A stretch of DNA of 60,705 bases, the filler included, from Sphacelaria rigidula (lineage: Eukaryota): NCBI GenBank assembly GCA_964200075.2. It is 8 parts of 8 records of this genome, joined end to end, with 100 filler letters (N's around TTAATTAATTAA, not from the genome) between each part and the next. Parts side by side here need not be neighbours in the genome. Positions count along the whole stretch, not along the records: positions 1 to 7,501 come from CAXNAA020014623.1; positions 7,602 to 15,102 come from CAXNAA020014624.1; 6 more parts are not named here. One strand, written 5' to 3'. This document shows, piece after piece, positions 1 through 11,475 of this stretch. Position numbers and translations under genes: made by a program. The notes beneath the pieces were generated by a model. That model had not been told where the DNA came from, made no database searches, and saw only the letters and a program-made list of their open reading frames with translations. Each line of letters starts with the position of its first letter. Position 1 is the first letter of the stretch.

Positions 1-3000
1 CTTCACCAGCTGCGCTCATTACTCCTCGAACTGTGGCGATGTCAAAACCGACGAGAAAGTCGATAGTTTCGGGTCTCACTCTGAATCTGGAACTACCCTC
101 TGAATCTCACGGATATAGTGTTTCGGGTGTTCTATCAGGGGCGACGGTGGACCACGCGACGGCAGGGATCCTGTTCACCGAAACGCAATCCTCGCGTTCC
201 TTGACAAATACGCAGAGATGTACGGGCAACACATGCCGCACCAGAATTATATATGCTTCTACATGAAAAACAAACAGGTGGGTAAATGTTGGTCGCGCTT
301 GTACAGCCATTGTTTCGGTCGCGCTTTTGGACTGATATGTGTGTGTGTGTGGGTGGGGGGGCTCTCACGGCATCACTCACGGTAAACCGCGTCTTACTTT
401 CGTTTCGTTCTTTTTTTTTGCCAAAAACTTTGAGGAAGCAGTTGGTAGATATCGTTTCGATTCATATTTTTGTCGGGGTAGAGGTCCGAGCCTGGAACAC
501 GTCGATCCCCGACGGTGCTTGTAGTCCTCGATTCCAATTCAAATTGCTGGACCATTGACTACCCCTTAGCGCATCTAGCACGCGATTTCGGCGATTTCGG
601 AAATGGAGAACATTTTTTATGGAGGAATAACCTTGGGAACCGCCACAAGCATCGAAATGTTTTCGAAATAAAATTACCAATACACTCTCCGGCTGTAATG
701 TGTGGCGTCGCTCATCGTGGGAGAAAACGCCGGTCATTTGTAAAATCCAGTGTTTTGCTGGGGATTCTGGAATACAAGAGCAGTGTAAAATACTGGAAGG
801 ACCGGAGGATTAACTTGTTCCGTGTAAGTACAGTATTTCACGAATTGCAGACGGACTATTGTTCAGGAGGAGCCACGCCACACGGCACAATCGGAGAGGG
901 CAGATTCTTTTTTGTATTGCGGAAATGTAGTGGTGCTTACGAAGGTTCCCAAGGCTCAACCTCAATAAAATTTGCATACACAATTTTCAATATCGCGTGC
1001 TATCTGATTCACTTCAACAGTCGGATCCTTCCCCCCTGCGAATAGCGTCGCAGAAAGAGGCAATGCGGTGGATGACAGTACAGATATACGCGCCGCGCCC
1101 AGGACGCAGCGCATCGCGCTTGTGTGCTCGTTGTTTGGTTTCATGCGCACGGTGATGTTGCACTAACAACTTCATGCGCGCGCACATTTTCCTAGCCGTA
1201 TAGCGTAACTATCCGGCGTTGCGGGCTCAATTCCCTGCGCACGATCCCTTGGAACACGCGACCACCTTACATCCCCAATGACAGGAAGTGTACCGATGCG
1301 TTCGTGGAGGACATGCGTAGTACGGGAGGTGGGGTGGCCGCAAGTCTTAGCTATTTTTACACCACGAGGCGCAAGGACCGACCCCACTACAAGGCCAAGG
1401 TCGGCGGCACATTCATGAAGTGTAACGCGTGCACTCTGTACCATGACACCCTTAATGGAAGTTCTGGTGTGAGGATCACCGCTGACCCCGGCAAGATGGA
1501 GGAGGTCGCTATGGAGCAGAAGGCGCACTTCCATGTGAGTCGTCTTCTCGTCGAAATTGTCGGCAGCTCGTCATGTCACCGAAAAAACGAGGATACGCAA
1601 TTTGTGAGATTACGCCACGAATAGCATCCAAAACAGCCGCAGGTGTATCGAATCGGTCAAGGGGAGGATATTTTCCGACCATTATATTTCCTCAGCTCGT
1701 ACCTGCAGCGACCCGTCGATATCAAATGTTTCGACGCGAGTACGCATCGAAATTTTGTCGAGTAAATCTCCATCTACCTATGCGACCTCGGCTCATTGCA
1801 TCACGGTATCGTAGGTTGCGAGTGCCCCTCCATTCGAGTTTCCCAGGTCTATGCGGTCGAGTAGCGTTTCCCAGTTACACGTGGTCTTGACGGAAACTCT
1901 CTCCGCCCGAGCCGCGTATCAACAGCCGACTATTTCTCTTATCATTTACCTAGCTTATTTTTAGTTTTTTATTTCGGATTGGTTTCGTTTATTGTGGTGT
2001 AGGTTGATTCATCTCGATAACTTCCCTCCTTGGAGGCACAGTGTGTATGTTGATCTGAATTTATTAGCTATGTTTGTGGTTTCAATATTTATGGTTACTT
2101 CACGCCTCCTGAGCGGGTGTTTGTGTGCTTCCTTCAATCCCGAGTTCGTCTCTCATGGGACCACGGCTTGAGGCACATGATTTATCCCACTGGTAGATAC
2201 GAAGCTCAAGATATTCCTCATCAATCTTACGATGCGCACATCCCCTCGACCGTTACAGTTGGTGACTCTAGACCGTCAGCGCCTGACTTTCATCAGTCAA
2301 GCTGCCAATCGAGCGAAGGCCAATCAGAAGCCGTTGAAGTTCGTGTCTCTACAAGCCGATGCAGTAGCCCATACGGCGTTCGCTCTACCTATGTGCTCTC
2401 CATGACGCACGGCACACACAAGTGAGTACGAACGACAATTGACCGTGCATTCGACGGTGTCCCCCTTTGGTTAGCATTTCCAACACTCGCGTACACCCAC
2501 AGTTGTGGCGCTGGTGTATACTCGCTCGCGCGTGCGTCGACGTCGATGTAGACTGTATCGTATCTGATACGACTCCACGGTTATGCACGACACGCGATGT
2601 GGTGACTGACAGGGGATATGCCGAACGCCAAAAAATCATGGCAGTTTTCGTGGAGGGACAGTTCGTGGATTTCTTCCTGGCACCTCAGATCGTTGGAGGC
2701 GGTGAGTTCGAGTACGGTACTCGTGTTATGCAGTCGACGAATTATACCGTGAGGCGATCGTCGGAATGATTCGTTCGGATCTCGATTTTCTCTTAGCGTA
2801 ATATCGCCGCCCACCCAATTCGAAGTAAGTAACTGTTCGTCTGCCCTAGTCTATCCGTTCGATACGTCTACCGCCGAGGCACGTGGTTCGGTAGAGTACG
2901 CTGCACCACAGTCCACCACAGCATTTCTTCCACAAGCCTAACGAACATCGCACACTGTCCGTCCCGCCAACCCGCCACCACTCTGCCGTGTACTTGTTTC

Positions 3001-3690
3001 GCAGGTAGCAATCTTATATGCACCTCCATTCACCGGGCACTGACGCGACTGTTCGACACATACTGCAGCAACGGCACCCTAGCGTACATCGACGATCTGT
3101 ACGCCCAATTCGACAACTGCGTGGAGGAGAACAAGAACCATATCGTCTTACCGTACCTGGGTTCTCTGGTTGCTCGAGGCGTAATCGGACGGGTTGAGGT
3201 CAACTTCATCATGGTTAGACATACCCACATCGTGATCGACCAGGTCTTCTCGAGGTGTGTACAAAGAAGTGTGCGTCGAAATTGAAGATCGGTATCGCAC
3301 AACCGGGGAGCAACACCGTACAACCGCACACCACACACAACACAACACCTCGCGGCGGACCAGTCTGTGCCTGAACACCGAGTAAAGGTTTAAAAGAGTT
3401 CTGTGCCTGGGAAGTCTTACGGAGTTGCCAATTGGACGACTGACCCAAATCCCCGCAATGTGTTTGGTACCAACGCAGGCAGTACGCGCGTACGGCACAC
3501 GTAGGGATGAGTTGTTGCGACAGAGGACCGAGAACGCGTGTAACCCATACCGTATATGTTTTTCACCGCATAAACTGCGGCTAGACTGTGTATTGGGGGT
3601 GAACGTTGGGGACCTCCGACAGCAATGCATATTTTCGAAATAAAAAAAACGACTGGATCATCCGGTTATGATGTATGGCCTCGCTCATCC

Positions 3691-3722
3691 TAGGGTTAGG
3701 CCCAAACCCTAACCCTAACCCC
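3691..3722. repeat. Head-to-head telomere-like repeats (TAGGGTTAGG / CCCTAA) in an intron
   Basis: Sequence tagggttaggcccaaaccctaaccctaacccc. Confidence 0.6.
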
Positions 3723-3767
3723 AATGAGATGGAGGGCTCCTACAAATTCAAACGGTAGCAATATTTT

Positions 3768-3792
3768 GTGCACCCCTACCGTTGGATCACTC
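3768..3792 (-). mobile_element. Orphan Sola2-type terminal inverted repeat
   Basis: Reverse complement GAGTGATCCAACGGTAGGGGTGCAC closely matches the end at 38488 (GAGTGATGCTACGGTAGGGTTGCAC). Confidence 0.6.
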
Positions 3793-5577
3793 AGTAAACC
3801 TTTGTAATTCACCGCGGTAATTGATCTTGGTAATTGGGCTGGGAATCGGCTGTAACTCCCAACCTACGTAGAAATATTGAGGACCGAGACCGCGGTTAGG
3901 TTCGTATTCGCAAAACCTCACTCTCCCGTTTTTTGAACGAAGTCTGAGTCATCAAATAACAGAAGTTATGGACGAAATTCCAACCAATAAAAAAATCGAA
4001 ATAAAATCCCGGAGTAAGTCCTGCAAATAATGCCGATACGCGGGTGGTCTTTTCCGATGCCAAAGTATATACGGTATCAGTACGACTCTCACAGGGGTGA
4101 GGAGATATGGTTGCACAGTACATGAGTGTCCAAACATATCTCGATGTCACGAGTTTTTTTTTACATCGAAGGGTTAGTGTGTAGGTGGAAGTATGTCATT
4201 GATAATCACTTTTGGCACTCGATTACAAATGTAACAGGATCGTCGTACACTGTAAGGGCTCTTGCCTGTTCACGAGACAACAGCAGGCAGAGGCCTTCAG
4301 TGCCGCGTACACGAGCCTGCCCATCTACACCACCACTCTCCGCTCCTTGGGCAACTTCAAAGGGGCTCTGATAGACGGCGGTCGCGTGTTTCCCATCGTT
4401 GGCACAACGTCGCCACGGTCGTTCGAGATCCGGCCTGCGGGGCCGACCCTGGTCAGCGTTGGTATGAAGCAGGTCATGCAAAAGCCTGAGTTCACCGGGA
4501 TGACGGCTCCCGGTGTCTTCGAAGGCCCTCCACACCTGATTTTCCGAGCGGGTGTCCCAGATATGGAGTTAGCGCCTCCCTTCAACCTGAAGGTCGTCGA
4601 TGCAGTCGCACGGGCATGCGTTCTGGCTCGCTACAATGCCGTGCACTGTCGCCTGGCGTCCCTCCACCCCCTAGGTGCGCGTTCACCGGAGATTCCCCGT
4701 CTTTATATTGTGCCGCCCAAACCATCCTCGTGTGGTCGCGCGTGCACGGGTTTTGCAATCGCTTCTCCCCTTGTTGTTAAAATTGTTTCGTTTGACGCAT
4801 CCCCGACTTCAGCAACCGGTGTTGATTTAGTCCTTGGTCGGTGGTCTCACGATGTGCTCGGACCCTCAGTCTTTACCCGCTGTACGGCATTATGTCAAAA
4901 GAGGTGTAACCTTTTGTAGGCTCGTTATTCTCTGTCCTCTCAGCACACGTTAGTTGTTTTTGTCGAAAAGATGGCGCTCAGAGATGGAGCACACCCCTAA
5001 CGCAAGGTAGACAGCGAGCCCTCGGGCAACCCAAGTACCTAAGGGTACAATACAGGGATAGGGAAAGTGGGCTTTGCTTTGACTCAAAATGGCGTCTCTG
5101 CGTTACCCCGGGGTACCCAAGTTCCAGTTAAGGGTCTATTTCCGGAGGGTTCAGTACTGACAGTATCATTTGCAGATAGGGCGGTCAGGGTAGACCTGCC
5201 GTCCTCTGTTCATACAGATGTTTTGGTTTTCGTCGACTACGTACGAGTGTGTACTTCTGCGCGCATCGTGTTACGCAAGAGGCAGGCCGCAAAGGCCGGC
5301 AACCTCTATTTCAGTTTGGGTATTTATATTTTTTCCTGCTTTATGTAGTTCTGACTTTGTTACCAACCTTTTTTTTTCACGGTTTGTGTATGGTTGTCCT
5401 TCACTTTTATCCAACGAGTGTTCCCGTTCCGGTTGTCGATAATGTTACGGCGGCTCGATCGCGGGGGGATCATTTGCTGCGCGGCGATCAATTAATCAAT
5501 CATCTTGCCGAATCAAAGCCACGAGGAGGTCGCACACGGGCCGCCCCTGACTCCATCAGACCGGACGCGTGCTCGCA

Positions 5578-6388
5578 GATTTGGAGAGGCAGGAGGCAAC
5601 CAAAAACGAAATGGCTACCTCCCACTGACTACTCGACGCAAAGGGCTCCGTGCCTTGGAATCTTCCTTGCCACTGGCTGCGGCGCAACGACGTGCAGCCA
5701 GCCCAAGGGGCGGCGAAAGAGGACACGGGGACGGATGAATATAGTCTCGGCGATGGGTCGGGTAGGGAGCTGGACACTTCTGTTCATGACACGTCGGGGG
5801 GTGTCGTTCACTACTCCGGGGTGTGTGGGCAGGGTGGGGCGGGCACCAGCGGTGGCGCCGTCCCTGATGAGCAACCCGACATTTCCTCATTCGTTAAGGG
5901 AGACTTCGTTTTCTTCCTCGCCGACAAAGCCCCGTTTTTTGGTGGGCAAGGTAATCGACATACGGGAGACAGTCGGCAGTGAGGGCGACGTTCAGGTGCG
6001 CTAGTGGTCACCTGCGACCTCCAAAGCTCGCAGCGGCGCTGCTGATTGCAGCATCAGAGAATACGGGAAGGGTAAGCTCACCGAAGACTACAAAACCACA
6101 GAAAGTTGTGACAGGGCTGGGGTCGACACCACCACCAGGAAGCGCAAGTTGGCCCCGGACGTGGAGTGGGTGGCGTCAGATTTGGTCACTCATGTCGAAG
6201 ACTCAATTCCTGGGCCAAGATTCCAAAGGGGGTATTGGATGAAATCATTGTCGCGAAGTCACAACAAGAGAAGAGTAAACAATTGTAAAGGCCAGCGTTC
6301 TGGACGTTCAGTTTTGGTCAATAAAGCAGGGCAAGAGATTCAGAAGCCGCGTATAGTGGCTTCTGTGGGCAGTAACACCGTACTTTGA
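5578..6388 (+). pseudogene. Probable C-terminal exons of the same transposase gene
   Basis: Frameshifted coding-like stretch (GDFVFFLADKAP / FLVGKVIDIRE...VQ followed by gtgcg donor at ~5997) and the 6149-6388 ORF. Co-oriented with and downstream of the transposase exons. Confidence 0.35.
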
Positions 6389-7038
6389 TCAACCGCAATG
6401 CAGCGCCGAGAGGGTTTACCGTGGCGTGCGTCGCGCGCTCGTGACCGATACAGATAAAGACGAGATTTTGGTCGGCTTGAAAATTTGATATCTTGTAAAT
6501 TTCACACCACCCCTTGCTCGACCGTCCGAATGGGGGTGAGTGAGCGTATGTAGGTTTAGGCAGAGTTATGTGCAGCGCCGTGGAAGAAGAGGGAAGTCTT
6601 GGTGAAGGGTGCCGGGTAAGACGGTTGCGATAGTAATCACCCCCTCATGATCTGCCGACAGGAGTCGTGCCTTGCAACCGACTGGGGAACACCAAAAAGA
6701 ATATCACACCTGCGGATACGAGATTTCTGGGGTTGGGTTGGCATAGGGGGTTTGCGGAGGGGGGTGGTTCATCGTCCTGTCGCGTTGTGCGTGGTTTTGT
6801 TCTGGGGGTACCCGTTGATGAGAATAGACGGCGTCAACGCCTGTCGATAGCAACCGATGGTAGCACTGGCGTGGAACACCTGCGCGCGTTTTTGAATTCG
6901 ATGAAAGACAATGCATCATTCTTTTCGCCAGAGGAAAGGGTTTAAAGGGGAGTATCCGAGTCGTTTCCGTGACGAAATCTTGTGGGCAATGGGCTATCCA
7001 TGTTGCGTTGAAACCGACCTTTTGATTGAGGGGGGAAA

Positions 7039-7486
7039 TGTTACAGATTTATTGGTCATGTTCCAGTCGACTGGGTTCCATTTGTCATACTTTGTCATGC
7101 TTGGTACCTGCATACTACATTGTTTGATCGAATTGAGCTGCCTGCCCCCTTTGGGTCACAGCGTTTTGGATTATGCATCTCAACTAGCAAAGCACAAGTT
7201 AGCCTGTACGCCAATAATACAAGAGCATCTACGCCATCAGGGACTGCTTTCTCAGAGGATTCTCTGGTCTTCACAAATGTAAGCCTGACCTTCATGCAAC
7301 ACATGTTGTGCTGCAGCCTGCGCGGCTCATGGCATGACACCTGACCGCTGGTGCGGTGGCTGACTTTACACTCAGTAATATCGAACTCAATGGTTGCGAT
7401 ACTAAAGATTGTGTTTAGGCCTGCTAGGCTCGGTGCCCACTGAACTGGCATCTTCCTACCCAGGTGGTAAGTATCGTATCATGACA
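7039..7486 (+). mobile_element. LTR (family A), 448 bp
   Basis: TGTTACA...CATGACA termini. Polypurine tract GAGGGGGGAAA directly upstream and TGG-initiated PBS-like sequence directly downstream. Highly similar inverted copy at 52320-52775. Confidence 0.85.
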
Positions 7487-7501
7487 TGGTGTCCAACCCT
7501 T

Positions 7502-7601
7502 NNNNNNNNNNNNNNNNNNNNNNNNNNNNNNNNNNNNNNNNNNNNTTAATTAATTAANNNNNNNNNNNNNNNNNNNNNNNNNNNNNNNNNNNNNNNNNNN
7601 N
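7502..7601. other. Artificial contig linker
   Basis: N44-TTAATTAATTAA-N44 (stops in all six frames). Confidence 0.99.
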
Positions 7602-7603
7602 GG

Positions 7604-7948
7604 TGTAGACTGGTGCCCAGAATAAATGGGACGGCAACACACACAACACACACAAACGTGAGAACGTGAGATGCAAAAAGAGTTCATCTAATCAGAGTCG
7701 ACGCCGTGTGGAAGGTAGTACTGATCCAATCCGCGAGACCAAAATGCAAGGTAAGGCGTGTGCCGGGGGAGAGATGGGTTCATCTCTTGACGCCACGGAT
7801 CCGTCCCGAGGAAGGGAAGGGGTTCAAAAGTATGACAAAAAAAGCACAAGAAAAAAAAAACTCACCAGGTACAGCCGGATCCCCAGGCACCCCCGTGGAC
7901 GAACACAATGAGCTTCTTGTTGCGACTGTCAGGACCTGCGTCTTCACA
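7604..7948 (-). mobile_element. 3' LTR (family B)
   Basis: TG...CA termini. On the minus strand a PPT (GAGGGGG, 7949-7955) precedes TGTGAAGAC. Related copies at ~8759-9030 (inverted) and 21964-22007. Confidence 0.65.
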
Positions 7949-8758
7949 CCCCCTCAAGACCTCGATCACCTAGGGGTGTTACATCATGCGTTTACGTTAT
8001 CGTAGGGGAAAACGCTCGAGGGCATGCGCGACGGCCTACTGTCGTGGTCAGTCCATTACACTGATACCATCGATTCTCGATACACCGGTCGTGGGCCGGT
8101 GCTAAACTTGATACTGCATCATGCGGAAATGGCAAATATGCGCAGTCTGGAGTACGTGGTGCGCTTGAGGAACGAGAGAGTACAAGAATAGAACAACACT
8201 ACTGTACTATACTGCACTTTCACTGTACAGCCACCACCTGTCTCGGGTGTGCACCATATCGATGATCTTCCTTTTGGCGGCTGACCGTCACGAAGCGAGC
8301 CGCTAGTCGTGGCTTTAGCACAGCCGTAACTCCCGCTGTGACAATGACGCCCCCATCTGCCACTTTACGAAATGCTCCATCACGAATGCTTCGCTGCCAC
8401 GAGACGGGTAGCACCCTGTCACCAGCATACTCCGGTGCGGTCGTTACATCAACAGATGAGAAGGTAAGGAGAGTATAGAACGCCATGTTGAAGTACACGA
8501 TACCCAACCAGGAAACCGAGTTTTTCCCCCTCCATCAGTGAGGACAAGAATCGCCCGGAATGGTGTCACCAGTCACACCAACAATGGTCAAGCCATCGCA
8601 GCAATTACAAACCGGTTGTCATCTTGCAGCCGTTGTCAACCCTTCAACGCCGTACTATTGTGCTATCCTATAGGAGCAGTCGTGGGTGACAGGGGGATCA
8701 CCCCACGGAAGGGCTCCATAATGCTGGCGTGAAGGAGAATAATATGACACACTACTTC

Positions 8759-9030
8759 TGTGGCAGTTCCATTACGCAACCCCGCTGAGGCCCGCGGTAT
8801 CTTTCTCTACCAATATAAGAAGTGGTCCTACTGAGGTACACTTGATCACTTTTACCACCTTTCCCCCCACCCCCCCCCACCCACACACCATTTTCTTGTC
8901 GCACTCGGAACCCCACGCGGGACGAGTCTGTGATCTCAAGGGATCAACCCATCTCTCCCAGGTGCGCACCTTGCATTTTGGTCTCGCAGGTTGGGTCAGC
9001 ACTACCGCACCGCGTCAACGCAACTCAGTC
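8759..9030 (+). mobile_element. Diverged partial LTR (family B)
   Basis: 8940-9030 is the reverse complement of a diverged 7693-7790 (cccatctctccc...ccttgcattttggtctcgc). Confidence 0.55.
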
Positions 9031-9375
9031 AACTACTCACCCTCTGCATATGAAATTTTCATATATTTTGGTGACATGAATCGCTGCAGTTAGGCATCGC
9101 TCCTACCGTAGCGGGCACATATCCTCAACCCAACTCAACGGAACTCCCGTTCAATGTACAAACGATACATGGCACTTCTTGGCTGAAAACTCATACAAAA
9201 TGAACAGTACGTACCGCACACAACCTTACTGTACACTATCTTGAAACATCACCGTGGGTTGTGGAGAATGCCATCCGGCGTGATAAAGGATTCTAACTTT
9301 GATTCTCTGAACGAAGAGGATCCCGCACCACCATGAGATCCTGTTTGCTCGATCTTGTCGACGAGATCTTGCCAA

Positions 9376-9377
<2 letters not shown>

Positions 9378-9407
<30 letters not shown>
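9378..9407. repeat. (AT)n microsatellite
   Basis: About 15 AT units. Confidence 0.95.
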
Positions 9408-9410
<3 letters not shown>

Positions 9411-11475
9411 GAGGCGTGGCCGATGCAGCTCATGAGAAAATCAACGTTGGGTTTCTGACTACCCTGGGTGCTATACCCCGTACGCTGTGAGCTATGATGC
9501 TGATGGTGTTGTCTATGTACTACATCGTGTTCGCGCTGCCGTAGGTGCCCTTGAGTTCGGGAGTCCAAGTCCACATTAGCAGAATGATCATGCCAAGAAC
9601 ATATCCAATGGCGACTTCAGCATTGCGCGTAACGATGCAGGCGGCACAGCTTGCAACAGGATACTGGTGGGGGGTACACTCACACGACACCTTGAAACCG
9701 TACCTATGGAGCCATCGAGTGAAATGAACAAATGGGGTCTTGAGCTGATGCACGCCATTGTTTACCATGAAGTACTGAGCGTCTTTTTTGGCCGACATCA
9801 CCACACTGGCTTGCACTGCAGCGTAAATAAAACGCCTAGCGCATACGAATATAAGCACTGTCGCCGTACAACAGGCAGGCCCTGTCTGTTGCGGTTGAGC
9901 TTGTGGAAATTCAGACGACGGGCGGGTGGCTCAAATAAGAATAGAAAATAATACGAGCGCAAGCGGGGAAACCGATGCCGTTTAGCCAGCACAGACAGGG
10001 CTTCCACGATCGTAGTTGTAGTACAGCTGTAGTGCTGACGTACTGGCTGTACTGCACTGGCGTTCGTATTGTTGTCCCACTTAGTCAAGTAACGGTACAG
10101 CGGCACAGCAGTACGTTGCCGATTTAGATAAATGCGATAGCAAGATGTTACTCTTTGGCAATTTGAGTCGCCGAAAATCTTCAATATTAATCCTGGGTTT
10201 GGCCTTTTCTTTGGTATCCTCGAGCACGACCAAAATCGCCGGGTATGTCTCAGTGCCGCATCACCAACAACGATGTTGGTTGCATCGGTGTACACCGCAA
10301 GCCACCATCGCTGTGAACGCTGACACTCCGCGGCGCCCCAAAGAGGTGAGGAACATGTCTACGTTGATGAAGTGAACATCTTTCCTTGCATTGCGCTTGC
10401 GAGTACGCGTATCCATGGTCTATCTGCATGAACAAATGCGACGTGTCATGGGGGCGACTAACATCAACAACACTGTAAAAAAACGCAACGTAATTGATGC
10501 AAATCGAAGAGCTGGGGCATCACACGCCAACACCAAGAAGACGGGGTATCAGTACGCAAATGCTGACTGTATGAAGCAACATGATCGGCGGCGTCGGCAA
10601 AATGAAGAAATGATCACATAGCGTAAGACTGCACACGCCGCCTAGTACGTGAAGCGTAGAGTGATGGCAACTGGGGATTTCTCATCTTCAAGTTTATCCA
10701 GCTGCGCGATAATTCTACTGCTGTATTATGTTCAACTATGACGTATCCACTGGCCCGTTTGTTGACTTGCTGACTGTGGTCGACGCACCGTCGTACGGTG
10801 ATGAGCTTCATCGAAGTTTCCGGCTTGTTCCTATCGAGTTGTTGCACTTGTACAGTGCCGAGTATTTTTAATCAGACCTCGGCAGCTACAACCGGAAATG
10901 AACGCACTTTCATACTACTTACTGCCTGAAAGAAGTTGTGCTGTTCTTCTGGTTGTCCCGTGCTTGCACAGCACTTTATGCTGTGGGTACTACGACATTG
11001 ACTACTGTAATATGAAGGGTTTCGAAGAGTTTCTCCGCACCTAAATACTGTAGTAGAACATGTTCCAATATCTTTTTATCGGACCAATATGTGATCCGAT
11101 GGATTGATTCATCAGGTGGTCGTTGTTGGCGGTGGGTGGGCAGGATTCGGGGCTGCTTCGCATCTCGCTAGCAGCGGCGTGAAGGTCACCCTTCTCGAGG
11201 CACAGCCATCGGCTGGCGGATTGGCGGCGGGGTGGGAAACAGCCAAAGGAAAAAAGTAAGACATGGTTGCATCGCATTCGACTGGGGGTGTACTCATTGA
11301 ACTGGGGGGGAGTAGGATATGTCGAGTTGTGCTCCATGTATTTCATGCACCGCGTGGCGAGTAATCGACCATTGGCCGCCAGGGTGGGCCATCTAGGTCT
11401 TACTGTCATTCTCAGGTGAAGGCAGTGCAGATCCCACAGATGACTCACCCTAGCGGTCAAAGGGTTGATGCATTA

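Larger units (their letters stand above)
139..4674 (+). pseudogene. Multi-exon DDD transposase-like gene, DUF7869/Sola1-related (decayed)
   Basis: GT-AG exons at 139-277, 1285-1534, 2259-2421, 2613-2701, 3005-3254 and 4238-~4674, phase-consistent once two single-base frameshifts (~1294, ~2400) are allowed. They give FLDKYAEMYGQHMP, SLSYFY..PHYK..FMKCNAC, VSLQAD, LYAQFDNCVEENKNH and VNFIMVRHTHIVIDQVFSR. This matches the DNCxxENKN...GHTHxxIDQxFS signature of the family, with a G>R change in GHTH. The end of the last exon is uncertain. Confidence 0.75.

Noticed and set aside
1631-1928. hAT-like insertion flanked by aacagccg direct repeats
   Set aside because: No terminal inverted repeats inside the 8-bp duplication.
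8000-11000. Decayed membrane-protein gene on the minus strand
   Set aside because: Hydrophobic fragments only, with no identifiable family or consistent exon structure.
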